Part shown: positions 7,128-9,729 of the stretch, one piece after another
Position numbering within the stretch: the stretch's first letter is position 1
Layout: each line of letters begins with the position of its first letter
Assembly: GCA_964426185.1 (NCBI GenBank)
Contig: CAYRPF010000043.1
Location: 11,415 to 21,143 of the forward strand
Length of the DNA stretch: 9,729 bases
Direction of reading: 5' to 3'
Source of the DNA: an uncultured archaeon
GTDB taxonomy: Archaea; Asgardarchaeota; Lokiarchaeia; Sigyniarchaeales; Promethearchaeaceae
Notes under the pieces: generated by a model
The model's database searches: none
What the model was told of the DNA's origin: nothing
What the model saw: only the letters and a program-made list of their open reading frames with translations
Position numbers and translations under genes: made by a program

Positions 7128-8822
7128 TCAGCCCTTAAAATTTAAAGGTGGATAAATTCTCCTTCCGTTTTTATAAGTTTGTTGAATTTCAAGAGAATCG
7201 AAATTATAAGGGTCAATTGTGAATAAATTTTGATTTAGTAATACAAAATCCGCAAATTTTCCTATTTCTAAGGTACCTCGAATATGTTCTTGATGAATAG
7301 CCCAAGCAGCATTTCGCGTGTAAAGTGTTAAGGCTTCTTTAATTGAAATTTCTTGATTAGGGTTTATTTTATACCGAACAACACAATCTTTTATGGCCCG
7401 AAGTATATTTACAGATTCTACTGGAGCGTCGGATGAACCTGCAAGCTTTAAGCCATGATTAAGAAGATCTCGGAAAGGATATGTGATATTCAATCTTGAT
7501 TCTCCGATAAAATTTACTAACCAGTTGGATTCACTGCGAAGAAATTCAGGCTGGCAAACTGGAATAATATTAATCTGCGCCATTTTTTTAATAGTAGCCA
7601 ATGAAAGCATAGATGCATGTTCAATTCGAATTCTGGGATTTTTCTGGGGAAATTTTTCAACTTCCTTCATCTTTTTTTCAGAAAAATCGATTTTGGGTTC
7701 AATTTTCCAATGTTTTTCAATTAAATTGACAAGTTCTGTGTTTGCTCTGTCACCGATTGCATGTACCATTACATCAATATTATTTTTGGCGGCCCATTCA
7801 ATTTCTTCACCCAACAGCTGTAAATCTGTAGCACAAAATCCCGAATTAGAAGATAAATTGGTATAAGGTTCAAACAACCAAGCCGTTTTCGCTCCAAATG
7901 AGCCGTCCATAAATCTTTTTAATCCTTGAATTTTAAGGTGGTGGCTCAATAGTTGAAAATTTTGCTCTAATTCATCCCTTAACTGGAAAAAAAGAAGAGG
8001 ATCCTTAACATTAACGTATAAAGCAATATCCTGTTGCATATCTTTTAAATATTGAAGCGATTTCCATGTGTCTAAATCAAAATCTGAAACAACACCTCCA
8101 ATCGCAGTAATTCCATGAGATGCCAATTCCATCGAAAATTCTCTCATTACTTTTTCTAAAATCAGTTTTTCTGGTTGAGGCATAATGTTTTCCACCAATT
8201 TCATGGCATCTTCGGTCAACAATCCCGTGGGAATTCCTTGCGAATCAACTTTAATTTCTCCATGAAAATCTGAAGGAAAATTAGCTGAATGAGATTCTAT
8301 TCTTAAAAGTTCTAAAGCTCGAGAATTAAGAAATACGATATGTAAATCATAACGATAGACAAGGATAGGATGTTGAGTATCAATTTCATCCAAGATATAT
8401 CTGGTTGGAAAAATTTTTTCTTGTGGATTGTGGAACTGCTGCTCATTAAATTTAATCCCGATCACCCATTCAGAATTTGCCTTGGCTGCTGCAAATTTTC
8501 TTAATTCTTCTTTAAACTGGCCTAAGGATGATAATTTGGAACAATCAAAATATGTTTTATTCAAAATACAAGTAATTGGATGAAGATGAGCATCAATGAA
8601 CCCAGGATAAACATAAGTTTGCTGCAAATTTATCTCTTTGAGTGAATAATTGTTTGTTTGGAAATTTTCTCTCCAGAATCGCAGTAATTCAGCGCGGGTC
8701 CCCCTATTTTTAATGATTCCATCAATTACAAGTATAGCTTCGACCATTGTATCATTTTCATCTAACGTAAAAAAAGTTGCATTATAGAATAAGAAACACC
8801 TGTCTTCGTTTAGATTCTTCAT
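7128..8822 (-). CDS. YtcJ-like metal-dependent amidohydrolase (Amidohydrolase_3 family)
   Basis: PGFIDAHLH, KRFMDGSFGAKTAWLFEPY, HAIGDRAN, RIEHAS, SSDAPVE and GTLEIGKFADFVLL are all intact. Confidence 0.95.
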   Translation of the reverse strand: MKNLNEDRCFLFYNATFFTLDENDTMVEAILVIDGIIKNRGTRAELLRFWRENFQTNNYSLKEINLQQTYVYPGFIDAHLHPITCILNKTYFDCSKLSSLGQFKEELRKFAAAKANSEWVIGIKFNEQQFHNPQEKIFPTRYILDEIDTQHPILVYRYDLHIVFLNSRALELLRIESHSANFPSDFHGEIKVDSQGIPTGLLTEDAMKLVENIMPQPEKLILEKVMREFSMELASHGITAIGGVVSDFDLDTWKSLQYLKDMQQDIALYVNVKDPLLFFQLRDELEQNFQLLSHHLKIQGLKRFMDGSFGAKTAWLFEPYTNLSSNSGFCATDLQLLGEEIEWAAKNNIDVMVHAIGDRANTELVNLIEKHWKIEPKIDFSEKKMKEVEKFPQKNPRIRIEHASMLSLATIKKMAQINIIPVCQPEFLRSESNWLVNFIGESRLNITYPFRDLLNHGLKLAGSSDAPVESVNILRAIKDCVVRYKINPNQEISIKEALTLYTRNAAWAIHQEHIRGTLEIGKFADFVLLNQNLFTIDPYNFDSLEIQQTYKNGRRIYPPLNFKG

Positions 8823-8843
8823 AGTTAGTTATGAAAAAATATT

Positions 8844-8858
8844 CTTTTTAAGTTTTTC
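8844..8858 (-). promoter_or_regulatory. BRE/TATA-like promoter for the amidohydrolase gene
   Basis: GAAAAAC-TTAAAAAG on the minus strand, with the TATA part about 24-29 nt upstream of ATG 8822. Confidence 0.45.
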
Positions 8859-8868
8859 CTCAGTTATA

Positions 8869-8947
8869 TTGCACCCGAATACACCGTAAGTGGAAAAGAT
8901 TCGGTTTTCAATGTGGAAAATCGATTTAATTCGTATTCTGGGTTCAA
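8869..8947. repeat. Intergenic nested inverted repeats (79 nt); candidate structured RNA or miniature mobile element
   Basis: ttgcacccgaatac (8869-8882) pairs with gtattctgggttcaa (8933-8947): 13 bp, 1 mismatch, 1 bulge. The inner hairpin tcggttttc/gaaaatcga (8901-8924) has 9 bp including one G-U. Confidence 0.6.
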
Positions 8948-9018
8948 AAAACCTATTTAATATCATTTCAATCCTTTAAATAATCTTTTCTCTCACTATC
9001 AGGTAAAAATTCCAAGAT

Positions 9019-9042
9019 TTCAATTATTTCTGGGTAATTGAA
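9019..9042. promoter_or_regulatory. Perfect 8-bp inverted repeat with 8-nt spacer (operator or terminator hairpin candidate)
   Basis: ttcaatta-tttctggg-taattgaa, about 40 nt past the stop of the ATC-hydrolase-like gene. Confidence 0.35.
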
Positions 9043-9080
9043 CCGAGATAAGTTGCATTTCCTAAATAGTAAAAAATAGA

Positions 9081-9710
9081 TTAAATATTTCGGAAATATC
9101 GAAATTCACAGTGGGAATCGCCTTGTGCGATGGTTTTATTTCGCTGAAGGCGCACCCACTTATTTAAATTATCAGCCAGCAAATTATCATATTTACAGAG
9201 AATAGGGGCTAAAGATTCATGTTGATTTGCCTTAAAAATATCGTAATAATAACACCTATTGATATTAAAGCCAAAACGTAGCCTGTCTTCTACTACATAT
9301 TCCAGTTTAAAATACTTGTTATCATATAATTTGTGATTTCCTTGTTTGGTAGTTTCAATAAAATGCTTCCAAGGATTTTTCGCGTTTTCACACTCTTGCT
9401 GTTGTTTTTCCAGTAAATTCTTTACCATTACTGTATAAATTTCCATAATCATTGCTTCAATTTCTTCATATGTAAAATTTTCAGCTGAAATAGCCTTAGT
9501 AAAAGCTATCACAAATAATGGATTAATAGCATGCAAATTTGCGATATTATTTCCAAAAAAAGGCTGGTTTTGCGGGGCTTTTATCAGTTGATTCAATGTT
9601 TTACAAAATTTGTCGGTATAGACTTCTGCTTTGCCAGAAGGAAAATGTTCTTTTAGATAGCTTTCCACTAAAAGAGTGAAGTACTTGTGCAGCGTTTCTA
9701 AATTTTCCAT
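9081..9710 (-). CDS. L-2-amino-thiazoline-4-carboxylic acid (ATC) hydrolase family protein
   Basis: The C-terminal signature has three conserved Cys: FNINRCYYYDIF, LAPILCKYD and LQRNKTIAQGDSHCEFRY. Confidence 0.85.
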   Translation of the reverse strand: MENLETLHKYFTLLVESYLKEHFPSGKAEVYTDKFCKTLNQLIKAPQNQPFFGNNIANLHAINPLFVIAFTKAISAENFTYEEIEAMIMEIYTVMVKNLLEKQQQECENAKNPWKHFIETTKQGNHKLYDNKYFKLEYVVEDRLRFGFNINRCYYYDIFKANQHESLAPILCKYDNLLADNLNKWVRLQRNKTIAQGDSHCEFRYFRNI

Positions 9711-9729
9711 TATAAAGAAGATTTACTCT

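Noticed and set aside
7483-7866. 127-aa plus-strand ORF
   Set aside because: Lies entirely antisense within the amidohydrolase catalytic region.
8869-8947. tRNA or SECIS element
   Set aside because: No D/T-loop consensus or proper cloverleaf, no AUGA/GA core within the element, and no adjacent gene with a plausible in-frame Sec UGA.
8968-9105. Protein-like minus-strand open frame (..FNYPEIIEILEFLPDSERKDYLKD*)
   Set aside because: Only about 45 codons with no ATG and no recognisable family. It could be a gene remnant, but this cannot be supported without a search.

Overview
AT-rich, gene-dense prokaryotic window. TATA/BRE-like boxes about 25-30 nt upstream of several starts, GGTG/GTGAT Shine-Dalgarno-like motifs and T-tract terminators point to an archaeon, possibly Asgard/Lokiarchaeia (inference only). 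Left to right it holds: the 5' end of an unannotated minus-strand gene with a coding 18-bp tandem repeat; an isochorismatase-family hydrolase; a hypothetical protein; a full-length GH38 alpha-mannosidase-like protein that appears to lack its Zn-binding and catalytic residues; a PH/GRAM-like protein; a translationally coupled trio of membrane-protein genes whose middle gene is split by a -1 frame break at an A10 run; a small TRASH/FCS zinc-finger protein; a YtcJ-like Amidohydrolase_3; an intergenic nested inverted-repeat element; and an ATC-hydrolase-family gene. No rRNA, tRNA, CRISPR array or transposase was recognised. All family calls come from motif recognition by eye, not database searches.
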